Below are positions 11,758 through 24,989 of a stretch of 64,000 bases of DNA, one piece after another. A model generated the notes under the pieces. It was not told where the DNA came from. It was given only the letters and a program-made list of their open reading frames with translations, and ran no database searches. The first letter of the stretch is position 1. The number at the start of each line of letters is the position of its first letter. The stretch comes from Octopus sinensis. Taxonomy: Eukaryota. The translations under genes were made by a program, and so were the position numbers. The stretch spans positions 83,886,001 to 83,950,000 of the forward strand of contig NC_043005.1 of NCBI RefSeq assembly GCF_006345805.1. The letters are read 5' to 3'.

Positions 11758-12791
11758 TTCAATATTAATATTTTATAACTCTCAAACCAATACCAAACAG
11801 TTGGAAACCTGTCAAGTAACTTTGGTGGGTCGTCTGCTAAGCTCTTCATCGCCTCTGGTTTCAATGAATACATTATTCTTTCTTTCACCATTTCTTTTTA
11901 ACTTGTATTTAATGGAGACGTTGATTCAACATCCTTTAAATGTTTGCGTCTAATTATCACAATTCTATATAGATATACAGTACAGACGACACATAAGTAT
12001 GTGCACATATACATGTACGTGTGTGTTTGTGTGTATTTTGTTCCACATACGTCTTCAGTGGCTCTCCAAAATTGGCCATGCAGGCGTTTCTCTTCGACCT
12101 GACGTGCTCTCTTTGTATTTCATTTTTGTCCCTTTTCTCCCATTGCGCGCTTCATCGCATCTTCTTTTTTTTACCTACCTTTTACCCCCATGAACCTGTG
12201 CATTCTTTTCCTATATCCCCTAGCGTGTGCTTCATTATCATTTCTCGGATTACCCAGAAAGTAGTACTCCATTACAGCGACATTCGTTTCTTTATCCATC
12301 TCCTTTTAGCAATTGCTTGATGACGACTGGGCCCACGCTGCTCACCCGTGGGGCACCCGCCGGGCGAGAAACCTTCACAAGGTGTCCCAGCCTCATTCGC
12401 ACCGTTCTCATTTCTATTTTCATTTGACATTTCAGCATTCATGATGAGGCTTAGTGAATTTTAGGTTGCACAACCCCCAGAATATTTTTCTCCCGCAACA
12501 CCATCGCTAGCAGTATCTCCACCCTACGATACAGGATTCCTGTAATCCTGGTTTAATTTTGGAGTTTCTGGTGTTCAAGCGTTGTGATTGCTTCTGCCTC
12601 TTAGATGTAGTCATTGCCTCGTTCATTAAAATAAAATTGCCCCGCTTCAAGTTTGAATACGAGGAAGAAGGGGTGGGGTGAGGATGGTCGCATCCACCTC
12701 ATGGCAAAGCGGTCTTCTCATTACAGGAATTTCAGTTCAATATAATTTTAGCTAGATATTAATATTTTGAGAAGATACACAAAAATAAGAA

Positions 12792-12792
<1 letters not shown>

Positions 12793-12823
<31 letters not shown>

Positions 12824-13050
12824 TATTATTATTATATTATTATTATTGTTGTGTTGTTGTGTGTTATATTGCAGTTGTTCTTTACTTGAACATGCTCCAT
12901 AGCTTTCCTATCGTCTTGCAGTGGCTGGAATTTCTCACTCTTTTCTGTTTCCTTACATTTCATCTTATTATCATTATTATTATTATTATTGTTGTTGTTG
13001 TTGTTGTTGCTGCTGCTGCTGCTGCTGCTGTTGTTGTTGTTGTTGTTGTT
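12793..13050. repeat. compound (ATT)n/(GTT)n/(GCT)n microsatellites
   Basis: seen directly. Confidence 0.9.
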
Positions 13051-13199
13051 AATGTTTATACCAACAATTTATTTAGTATCTATGGAGTTGAATCTATGCT
13101 TGTTAATCATATGTTGATCTTCAATTCATTATTTTTGCTATTATTTAGCTTAATTAAATAAGATTACTCGTTGTATTTATTCTTCATTTCCATCATATT

Positions 13200-14250
13200 T
13201 AATATTCTATCATTTCCAGGAATTTTATTAGTAATTTAATTCTGGATATAACAAAATTTGTCCTTACACCAAACTTCAGATAATGCGTAGTTATAGTAAG
13301 TTTGATTTTGTGCAGATCGATCCTCATTAGCAGAAAGCCATGAAATACGATTTGATATATTTTTAACAATAGAGTCTATGATGCTCCTAGAATGATTAGA
13401 AGTTTTACTCACTAACCTGAAGCACTCATTCGGTCTATGATACGGTCGGTCAGTACTGAAATCCACATGAAAGAAGTTACCCTTAGTATAATAATTTTCT
13501 CTCAAGATAGAGAGGCCGAGATGCTTAAAGAATTGAAGAAGTTTTTTACGGAACCTTTCTAGATTAATCTTATTAGTCATATAGATAGGAAAAAGACCGT
13601 CATTTCTATATAGTCCACCCATAATTCAGGTCATTCAAAATGAATACAGATAAGAATGTAAATATCCCAAAAATCAGTTACTTGAGTTGAGTCACTGAGC
13701 CCCATAGTAATGTCGAAATAATCGGTTTATTAGTCCGAGTTCAGTACTTTCCATCGAATTCAATTATGGTTTTCCCAGCCGTTAGTATTATATTAATTTC
13801 ACACCTGTATGAATCTGAATTTTTCATTCCAAAGATTAAGGCGCTATTCAGTTGTATAGGGTTGATGGATGAGTAGTAATCTGATATATCCAACTGAATG
13901 AATTTAGTACGTTCTTTTTCATCCCTAATATTATTGAACCAATCAATTACTTCGAATGAATTAGACCACAAATATAATTCAATATTTTGTCTAAACTTCG
14001 GAGTATGTTTAAATATAATAAATTTACTAATCTTACCAATATCTGATTTGAATGGCTTAAGTAGACTAACTTGGGGATTGGTATTATGCAATTCTGTGAA
14101 TTTTAGTAAATGCACTTGGTATTCAAAGGATAGGAATATTAAGTATGATTTAATGGGGTCCACTATTAGTTACACACCATCGTACAATACTGGTAGTTTT
14201 AAACGTGATCTTTGCCTTGAGGTATTATATAATTACTTTTAAATAAATAT
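13200..14250 (-). mobile_element. Penelope-like RT fragment (second family)
   Basis: FIQLDISDYYSSI, ITMG, GGLYRNDGL (YRDD-like), RPYHRPNE. Confidence 0.7.
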
Positions 14251-14439
14251 CATAGAAATAGAAAGGTAATTTTACAATGAAATGTTCTCACAAATATAGA
14301 AAAGCATTTAAATACTTCAATTCTAAATAACTCATTAATTGTAATTGCTTTTCACATAATATGATATGCATATTTTTTTCTAATAATGTTAAGCATATTT
14401 TATAGATAGGTAACTAATTGTTGTGATGTAGGATTTTTA

Positions 14440-16354
14440 TAAGGAGTACTGAAAAGTTCCTTGCTTTGGGTAAAAGAAAATACAGAAGTATCAGTTAATT
14501 GTGATGTTATTCAACATATTTCCTCCCTCACATTCACACACATATTGCAGCGGTCCTTAATTTTTTTTTAAACCCTGTAAAAAGAAACCGAAATGTTGGG
14601 CCTCCAACCAAGCGTCTGTAGCAGCGATCACATCCGAATTGGAGTGAAATTTTCTTCTCTTGTGAACATTCTTCAGTTGGGGAAGGAGGTGGTAGTCGGA
14701 GGGGGCCAAGCCAGGAGAGCAAGGAGAATGGACTACCTATTCGAAACCAAAGTCGCATGTTTTCTGTAGTTTCATGTGTTGTGTATGCTGGTGCATTGTC
14801 CTGCAAGAACAGGATATTGCGGCTCAGCTTTCCACGGTGTTTCTGTTTCAAATTTCCCTGTAGTTCGTCCAACAGAGACATGTAGTATTCTGCATTGATA
14901 GATGACTCTATGGTTGGTATTTTATGAGTCGTATTTCGTCTTTGTCCCACAACAATTAGGCCATAATCTTTCCAGAGAAAAAGTACTTAATTTGACAACT
15001 GTGTTCCAATCTGTTAATGATTCTGCCAGCTCACCATCGGAAGTAGCAGCTTAATAATGACAAAGTTATTCCACTAAATTCTTCGTTATTTCAAAATTAA
15101 TTAAAACAAAGGCTGTGTATTTCAGAAATGTGGTAAGAAAAGGCTTAGCTATTTTACTAAATTCTTTGAAACAAATACAGTGTATTTCATCCCAAATACG
15201 GTAACAAAAGGTTTATAGCCATTGTGCCTGGTCTGAGGATAATATTTCTTTATTCGTGTTGTTAGGTAAATCCATAAAAAGATAAGCCTGTAGTGATCCT
15301 ACAACGGCGCGCGCTCGCGCACCGTCCATTTGTATTTCGCGCGTGTTGGTGCCTTTACCAAGGCAGAGAAAGGAAGGGCCCTCTCGCGCATGCGCGAACC
15401 ACCGGAAGCACGACCCGCTTCCTATCGTGGTAGTTAGCGATGCAAGGGGGTCGTAGAACGTTTGACCACTAGCAGCAGTCATCGGGGCTTGGGACCCAGC
15501 GATTGAAGGCGGCGGTCACGATATATTTTCTCTCTGGTTGATAGCAGCATATCATATTATGTGAAAAGCAATTACAATTAATGAGTTATTTAGAATTGAA
15601 GTATTTAAATGCTTTTCTAATTTGTGAGAACATTTCTATATTTGTGAGAACATTTTCTGGCTCCGAAACTTCTCGGAACGCAGTGACCTTATGTGGCACC
15701 AGTGCATTGATTGCTGCTTGGACTGGAGATCATATGACTAAACGAGCCATAAAATTAGCCTCTCTGGCTGCAAACCGGTCCAATATCGCTTTTGATGTTG
15801 CCACTCTGATGTGCTTCTGATCTGCGGTCAGGAATTTCGGCAACCATTTCGCATAAGCTTCCTCATGTCCAGAATGTGTGGATAATGTGGCCAACACTTT
15901 TGCGTGAAATCGCCAGAGTTTCAGCAATGACTTTAGCTGAGATCTGGCGGTCCTCGAGAATCATGACGTGTACAGCGTCGGCTTTGTCCTCTGTGGCCTC
16001 GGAAGCTGGACGTCCTGATCGGAGTTCATCTGCAACCTCGAAACGATCAGCCTGAAAGCTTGACACCCAGATTTACATTTGTGGAGTAAGATAAGCAGCC
16101 ATCCTTCAAGATTTCTTTCCTCTTGCCATGAATTTCCACTGCTCCTTTGCCTTGCAGAAAGAGGAACTTCATAACCACCCGAGCTACACTTTTACCAAAA
16201 TCTACCGTAGAACCTGTCACCATGAGTTAAATGTGCAAGAAAGAGAAAGATATATTGTATACCATCGAAGTGTTCTGCATAACTTCTCCTAAATAGCTGT
16301 CGTACTTCCCTGTGAAGTTAAGGGCTCTACACTTTCACTTTCAGAACTCCATCC
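14440..16354 (-). mobile_element. mariner transposon, decayed, interrupted by a ~680 bp templated insertion
   Basis: TA-flanked degenerate TIRs; RSGRP, KWLPKFLTADQK, LQDNAPA, SPGLAPSDY motifs. Confidence 0.88.
14974..15549 (-). repeat. inverted copy of 18395-18975
   Basis: near-exact reverse complement; the same pseudo-ORF (MTAASGQTFYDPL) appears on opposite strands. Confidence 0.93.
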
Positions 16355-17069
16355 TATACACATACATACACACACGTGTATGTCTTTATCTAGGTGTGTT
16401 GTGTGTGTGTGTGTCTTTGTCCTCCACCAATGCTTGAAAACAGGTGTGGGTGTCTTCATGTCGCTGTAACTTAGCAGTTCAGCTAAAGAAATCAAAATAA
16501 AAGGTACCAGGCATAAAAATATAAAATAAAAAGATAGATAGAAACAAAGCATATATAAATAAATATATGCGTACACATGCACACATATTATGTATGTAGG
16601 TAGGGTAAATTGCAACTGTTTCCTCTTGAATCGCAGCTGCTTATTCCATTATTACAATTAAGTGTGTAGTTAGTGTTGTTGTTGTTGTTGTTGTTGTTGT
16701 ATTGCTTGCAGAGTTACATTATAACAAACCAGGAAGTTGAAACAGATTTAGGTATTATTTATTCCCCATTACACACGTTTCGTTTGTCAATAGGAATTGC
16801 AAAGTTTTACGTGTTAGTGAAGCATGTCGGAGACTTCCTATTAAAAATTCTTCAGACAGAAAAGTGAATTATACAAAACTTACATTTGGCTGAAGTGTTT
16901 AAATAGATTTAATATACAGTAGTTTTATAGGAAGTTGGGGGAAGAAGGGGAGCAAATTAAAAAGTAAAGAAAAGGGATGAGAGAGTCATACACAAGGAAC
17001 AATGTCATCTTTGATGAAAACTCATTCACTCTATTTTATAAATTTGGGTTAAGTTTATATCTAGAGACA

Positions 17070-17608
17070 GCACAAAGAAGCCTTTAAAACTGACTGTTTA
17101 ACCCCAACTGTGAAGAATGGCAGTGATTCTGTGGTGATTCAGGTAGCCATAATATGAAATTCTCTTGGCGCGACATGGCAGATTTAATGCCAAGGATTAT
17201 ATGAGTATTTTAGCTGACCATATCAATTCAGTGGTGTAAATATTGTTCCCTGATGGGATCACAATCTTCCAGGGCAATAATGGGACAATTCACATGGGTA
17301 ATGTTATTCAGAATATTGTATGAAGACCACCCCTACAATCATTCCACCCAAACATAACTGAACGTTTATGATGCATTTTGGAGTAACAAGGGAGGAGCTG
17401 TTTCCTTCCAGCATTGTTGTAGAAAGATCCAAAGAAGGCTTTATTTAAAGAATGGATCAAAATTCTCTTAACAACCATCCAGGACTTGTACAAGTCAATT
17501 CCTCAACATATTAAATCTGTGATTATGCCAAACATGGACCAATTCCATATTAAATAATAAAACTTCCATTTCATCCTGGTGTTTCCATCATTTTATCCAA
17601 ACTCTTTT
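17070..17608 (+). mobile_element. old Tc1-like transposase fragment (duplicate at ~30270-30820)
   Basis: NAKDYMSILADHI...LFPDGITIFQGNNGTIH resembles the FQxDNAxxH motif; TIR-like end. Confidence 0.55.
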
Positions 17609-17762
17609 AGAGAAACCAGAGAATGTATTATTGAAATTATGTACAGCTTAGTTAGCCATTCAAAGAATTGTATTAAGGGTTCACATGCCTGTCAAATACC
17701 GAAAAGGGGATTTTTTTTCTCTTTTACTAAAGACTTCTGTCTTTTATCTTTTTCTTTTTCAG

Positions 17763-17944
17763 CCCATCGATGGATGTTAACTGCCAGTTCGATATTAGGC
17801 CGTTTGTTTATCTCTGCAGCTTTTGGAATCGTGTATTTATACTCTTTGGAATTATATCCAACTTGTATAAGAAACGGTGCATTGGGGACGTTATCCACCT
17901 TTGCCCGTATTGGTGGCGCTTTGGCACCTTACACTCTCAATGTT
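17763..17944 (+). CDS. SLC22: SLC22-like exon 5 (proximal cassette)
   Basis: long pyrimidine tract + CAG, GTAAGT donor; [31 protein letters not shown]...[10 protein letters not shown]. Confidence 0.92.
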
Positions 17945-18052
17945 GTAAGTATTTAAATTCTTTCAGACTTTCTATTCGTTTTGTTGTTCGCCGCTTTTGT
18001 TAGTCCACCCATCGTGGAACCAGCACAACTAGTAAAGAGACAGAGATAGGCT

Positions 18053-18657
18053 TGAAACGAACTTAGTGTGAGTGATGTGAATATCTGATCTTGTACTTTC
18101 GGGGTACAAGAAAGCAATCAATCACTAGCCGTTGCTTTAATAATCTAGAATTCTACCAGTCAGAAACAACAAGACGCAGACGTGAAATATATATAACTAC
18201 TTTATTCTCTTTCTTGGTAACAATAACAATAAGTGTGTTATCTGATGTCCTTGGTTCGGGGCGCGCAAGGCTGAAAGTTAATCGATTGTAATATTTACAA
18301 TGTCCAGCCGCTAAACCAGAAAGGGGTCAAGATGGCGTCGAACAGGGAAGTTGAATGTGGTCGGCAACAATTTGGTTAAAGGCATTCGGCCGACTGCTGC
18401 TATCAACCAGAGAGAAAATATATCGTGACCGCCGCCTTCAATCGCTGGGTCCCAAGTCCCCGATGACTGCTGCTAGTGGTCAAACGTTCTACGACCCCCT
18501 TGCATCGCTAACTACCACGATAGGCAAGCGGGTCGTGCTTCCGGTGGTTTGCGCATGCGCGAGAGGGCCCTTCCTTTCTCTGCCTTGGTAAAGGCACCAA
18601 CACGCGCGAAATACAAATGGACGGTGCGCGAGCGCGCGCCGTTGTAGGATCACTACA
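18053..18657 (-). mobile_element. solo LTR (605 bp, Gypsy-like) with 4 bp TSD GGCT
   Basis: TG...CA termini, AATAAA on the minus strand, empty site GATA-GGCT-TATC in copy 2 at ~31260. Confidence 0.85.
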
Positions 18658-19280
18658 GGCTTATCTTTTTATGGATTTACCTAACAACATACGAATAAAG
18701 AAATATTATCCATCAGACCAGGCACAATGGCTATAAACCTTTTGTTACCGTATTTGGGATGAAATACACTGTATTTGTTTCAAAGAATTTAGTAAAATAG
18801 CTAAGCCTTTTCTTACCACATTTCTGAAATACACAGCCTTTGTTTTAATTAATTTTGAAATAACGAAGAATTTAGTGGAATAACTTTGTCATTATTAAGC
18901 TGCTACTTCCGATGGTGAGCTGGCAGAATCATTAACAGATTGGAACACAGTTGTCAAATTAAGTACTTTTTCTCTAAATAATTTATTTTACTTTCAAACT
19001 TTTATGCTGGTTGTTTTTTTCCTAGCACTCCCTTACAATTCCCTTCTTGATGTTTCCATTGATTATTTATTTGCAGCTTTCCACTCATCTGACCAAACGG
19101 TTGTCATTTTCCGATTCCACACGTATTTATTTGTATTGTTGTTTCCTGAATGAATTTGCTTGCGCCTTCTATTATCTGTCCTATGTCTTGATTTCATTTG
19201 TCGTCTGAGAGAAATTAGGTATTGTAATTGTTACTGAGAATATCCCCTCCCCCAGGTATTACTGGGTATCTCAGCTAGTA

Positions 19281-19867
<587 letters not shown>

Positions 19868-20007
19868 AAGTTAGCACTGGATGAACATGGTGGAAACAAC
19901 TTTGACCATAAGTGTGCTTGTTCAGTAAGGATCTGGGGCCAAACAACAACAATATAAAGAAAACATGTTTTTAATTTCCTGCTTTTTTGTGCTTTTTTTT
20001 CTTTCAG

Positions 20008-20171
20008 TCAGATTTGATTCCTGGCAAGGTTGGTCGAATACTGCCGATGGTTCTTATGGGAGCACTTTCCGTAATCGCGGGACTATTTTCATTGTTGTTA
20101 CCCGAAACAAACAACAGGAAAATGATGGACAACTTCAGTGATTTGACCAAATCTGGAGAACTGGAGTTCGC
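20008..20171 (+). CDS. SLC22: SLC22-like exon 6 (proximal cassette)
   Basis: tttcag acceptor and GTAGGT donor; TM12 followed by the LLLPET motif. Confidence 0.9.
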
Positions 20172-20966
20172 GTAGGTGTCTCTTACATGATTTAAACATC
20201 ATCATCATCATTGTTAGCATTATCATCATCATAACCATCACTATCAGCAACATAGTAATTATCATCATCTTCATCATCATTATGAACCAAGAAGCCAGCC
20301 TTTAATCGATCATTTGACTTGCTAGAAATTACACCCTGTCACCATAAAGAAAAAGAAGGACACGTTGAATATTGAGGCACAATGGTCAGAAAACAAAGCA
20401 GATTGTTTAAGGCTGGAATGCTTTTGACCCTTGGTTTCCCCAGTCAGAAGTAATCTGGGTTACTTGGTGGCAGTTTTTTGTTTGGGTAAGGGTCTGAGCC
20501 CATAGCCATTGTGGAACTCTTCAACTTTGGTAACTCTGATGCCGTTAGCATTTCTCTTGTTGTATTGTTAGTGAATGGCCACTGGGAGAAAGTGCCACAA
20601 GAACAATGTCCTGGAGAGGAAAGATTAACTGTTGTGCTTAGCAGTGCTGTAGCATGGGCAAGATCAAAGGATAGGTACTCTGGACTCAAAATTCTTAGAG
20701 GCACAAGATTCCAAAAGAAAAATTAAAGTCGCTGTGTGGTAGGATGTTTGCTTCCCAACCACGTGGTTGCAGGTTCTGTTCCACTGCATGACACCTTGAG
20801 AAAGTGTTCTCTATTATAGCCCTCGTGCCAACCAAAGCCTAATGAGTTGATTTGGTAGACAGAAACTGTATGAAGCCTGTTGTATGTATGTAAATATATA
20901 GATATAGTACATTTTTGTTGATTCTACCTCCATTGGATCTACAAACCACACACACACATATACTCG

Positions 20967-21021
<55 letters not shown>

Positions 21022-21688
21022 GTGTATGTGTGCGTAAGCGTTTCTGTTTCCATTTATCACCCCCTTACCCGCTTGACAACCAGCATTGGTGTGTATATAG
21101 TTCCGGAGCGTAGTGGTTCAGCAAAAGGGCACCAACAGAATATGTAGCAGACTGTTAAAAATTCTTCAATGCAGTGCTCCAGTATGGCCACAGTCTCTTG
21201 CTTGAAACAAATAAAACATAACCGATAAAAAATTCAAAATAACCTATTTCCCCCACTTACTCAGAATTTGTTTGATTTCCCCCGTTTTGTTGGCTTCCCT
21301 TGCAATACCACTGGGGTTTAATGAAGGGTGGACACCGTAGGAGTGAAAAGAGGAGGGGAAACCGAGTGAGTCAGTGATACCTTAATGGATATGAGCTGAG
21401 ACTAGCTAACTCCCAGGAGCAACAGCAGTGGACGGGAAGGTGGTTTGCACAAAAATAACAACATCATTGATTTAAGATAATCTTAATCATCACCAACATC
21501 ATCGTCATCATCATCGTCATCCTCATCATCATCACAAGCATCATCATCTGCATCATCAGTCACAACAATATTGTCCTCCTCCTCATCATCACCATTATCA
21601 TCATATTTCAAATATTAAACATTATTTTGCTAAATGTCTGAATGGCTCTTTCCTCTTTTTCTTTCTTTCTTTCTTTCTTCCCTTCCAG

Positions 21689-21767
21689 TATTAAAAAGGA
21701 TGCAATTCTAAAGGAAGAAACCCAACCTATGAAACCGATACAACCTGCAGAGGATATTAAATCTTAA
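21689..21767 (+). CDS. SLC22: SLC22-like terminal coding exon 7 (proximal cassette)
   Basis: strong pyrimidine tract + CAG, phase matches the exon 6 donor; IKKDAILKEETQPMKPIQPAEDIKS-TAA. Confidence 0.7.
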
Positions 21768-21819
21768 TTTACGTGTGTATGTATATATTTATATACATAC
21801 GTGATTGTATGTATGTATG

Positions 21820-21853
<34 letters not shown>

Positions 21854-21954
21854 TGTATGTATGTATGTATGTATGTGACAGACAGAGAGATAGATCATAA
21901 AAGTGGACACAAGAAATGATATTAATGCACTATAGGATTGTAAAGGCATATGTT

Positions 21955-22001
<47 letters not shown>

Positions 22002-22769
22002 TAGCAATTGGTATAAAATTACATCAATGACTTGAACTTGAATAAGTGGTTTCACATAAATGGGGATAAATTAAAAAGGTTTGTTGTTATTATTATTACT
22101 GTTTAACTATTGTAATCACGTTTGTTGGTTCCTCGTCAGGGAAATGTTGTTGTGTTGCATTTGTTAAATAATTGTAAACCGTAACCCTCCCTCTTTCGGA
22201 GAGGGGGCTTTGGTTATTGTTTAAAACTTGAATTGTGTCCCTGTTTGGGGAAATTGACAATATTTTCACCGTCTTTATGGAAGCATTTTTGTTAAAATGC
22301 CTTCGCTAGAAGAAAGACCAATAATGAATTTCGCTGCAGCCGCACACTTCTATACAAGATCCAATTGATAGAAATTGCAAGAGACGGGCCTACAATTCCA
22401 GTCTGTTATATATTTTGAGTATTGTTATCACTAGCGATATCAAGATATAACTTTGTATTTTGTATTTTATGTGTAGATGTATATATATAGTTGTACACGT
22501 AATATGTATACATATATATACACATATATACATGCATAATATATCTACCCATACACACATACGCACACACACATGGGCGCAGGTATGGCTGTGTGGTAAA
22601 AAAAACTACGTTCCAAACACTGTGTGGTGACTTGGCATGTGTCTTCTGCTGTAGCCTCAGACCAACAAAAGCCTTCTCAGTGGATTTTGTACATATATAC
22701 AGGCATACATACATATATATACTTGCATACGTACATATTCGGCATAAAAACTCTACCACTACAACTAAT

Positions 22770-23870
22770 AACTGTTGGAACACTTTCAAACCTGCCTTAC
22801 ATTCGAACCGGAATCTCAACGCCCGAGTTTTCCATCTGAAGTTAATCTCTCTCATGGAGCTCATACAAAAAGGGCAAGTCTTTGGCCCATACAATGTGAC
22901 ATGTAGACAATCGAGTGGCAAAAAAGGGGCCTTCCACATGCTCATATCCTGCTTTGGCTCTCAGCGAAGATCAATTCTAATGACATCGGCAAGATAATCT
23001 CTGCAGAGCTTCCTGATCCAGCTTTAGACAAAGAACTATACGAAATAGTTAAAGCAAACATGGTACATGGTCCATGTGGGCGTGGATTCAACATAAACAC
23101 ACCATGCTTGAAGGACAGCATATGTTCAAAAAGACTTCCAAGGAGGTTTCTACAAGAAACTCAGACAGGTGCTGATGGGTATCCGTCATATAGACGCAGA
23201 AATCCTTCTCGCATGGGCAACTGTATGTTGGCTGCTCAAGAGTAGGAACCAAAAGAAACCTTTTTGTATATGCTCCACAAGGAAAAACAAGGAACATTGT
23301 TTACAACGAGGTGTTATAATCTCGACAGCCAGGAGGTATATACATGATCCCCTTTTTTTTAACAAAGTTCATGTACTTTCATGTATTTATATTAATACTA
23401 GCAGTATCGCCCGGCGTTGTTCAGGTTTGTAAGGGAAATAACTATAAAGCATTTTTAGAGAGTTATAGCCAAAAAATAGCAAAAAAATGGAAAAAAATGA
23501 TGGTAAATTTTTTTTTAGTTAAAATAGGTGGAGTTGCGTCCCCTAGACAGTTTGTGTTTCTGATTCTGGACCCCATGTCGAATTTATCGATTTTTTTCAG
23601 AACTGGGGGAACTTTTCAAAATTTTCGCTGCGTTAGTTTTGAATTATGACATTGGGCTATGTGTGTGTCAAGTTTCATCAGAATCGGTTGAAAGCCGTGG
23701 TCAGGGTGAAGGTACAAGCAAACAGACACACAGAAACACGCACAGACAAACTGCCGTTTATATAGAGAGAGATACATGTGTGTGTGTGTGGTGTGTGTAT
23801 CCATGTATATATAACAGAAAAGTCTAATTCTTTAATTGAATGTAACCGGGCACTCCGGGTATCTCTCTAG
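22770..23870 (+). mobile_element. Helitron remnant, copy 1 (Rep HUH motif fused to the helicase C-terminus; 3' CTAG)
   Basis: EWQKRGLPHAHILLW, MVHGPCG, GYPSYRRR, then FSHGQLYVGCSRVG. Confidence 0.85.
23398..23772 (-). mobile_element. non-autonomous Helitron (375 bp)
   Basis: minus strand reads A|TCTCTCTCTATATAAAC...CCTGAACAACGCCGGG..CTAG|T; no TSD; empty AT site at ~38893 in copy 2. Confidence 0.88.
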
Positions 23871-24989
23871 CTAATATATATATATATATATTATATATAT
23901 TATATATATATATATATATATAACACCTGTGTATGTTTATGCATTTGAAAAGGATTGAAACAAAATTAAATGGTATTTTCTGGCCGAATGAAATCCTGTT
24001 TATTCATGCAAGACTGAGAACAGGGAGTAATGATTGTAAAAATGAAAGCAGAAAAACAACATACTGGCAGTAAGAAGTGGCAGCACTGTGAAATTGACAA
24101 GTGTTTCTTTAACTTTTAGTGCCAAGTCCAATTCCAGGTGTCGTTCTAGCTTGGCAAAGGTTGACCTCAGTTCAGCTGATTTGTTCTACATATACAACAC
24201 AAGAAGAGCAAGTTTCCTCTGTTGGTCCTCTACAACCCGTGATGCTGTGGCTGTTGACTGTTTATTTATAGAGAGTAGCCCTAAAGATGGCAACGGAAGA
24301 AGGAAGACCTTTCTTTGGAGAAGGATAAGGGATGTATGGTGTGACCTTAACAGATAAAAAGGTGATACTGAGATTTTTTAAATGATAAGGGCTGCAAATG
24401 GCTGCCTCAAAAAGGTAAAAAGGCTGTACAGGGCCTCTTTAAGAGGTAAAGGCTGCATAGGACTGTTCAACCAGCAACTTTAATAACATCCTTAAGGTAA
24501 GCTATGGCCCTTGACAGGGAAGTATAAAGCACTGAACTAGATTCTATAAAAGACTTAACAGGATTCACAATCCACTGTTGCTTCTTAAGTGAAATTATAA
24601 TCGTAATTCTTCGGTGAAAAATTAAATATAAATTGATATTTATGAATTTAGGTTTATTTTCACTTGTTTCAAAGAAAGTTTTTAAAGTATTTCAAAGAAT
24701 TTTAAAAATGAAATAAAATGAAATAAAAGCAAACAAGCAAGAAGCATGCCATCTGGCAGATTAGAACCTGTCGACAGTTTGGTGTTAGAAAGAAAGCTCC
24801 AGCCTCCTTCCAAATAGATGCTATCTTTGATGATATTCGGTCTTTTACAAGGGCAACCATTTCATTCCTGGCAACAAGGCATAAAAAAAGCAAACAAACA
24901 ACAAAACAAAACAAAAAAGTAAAAAATAAGACAAAGCGGCAGTTGAGTTGAAATTTTCAAAAATTCAAAACATCAGACCTTGCTTCTTA

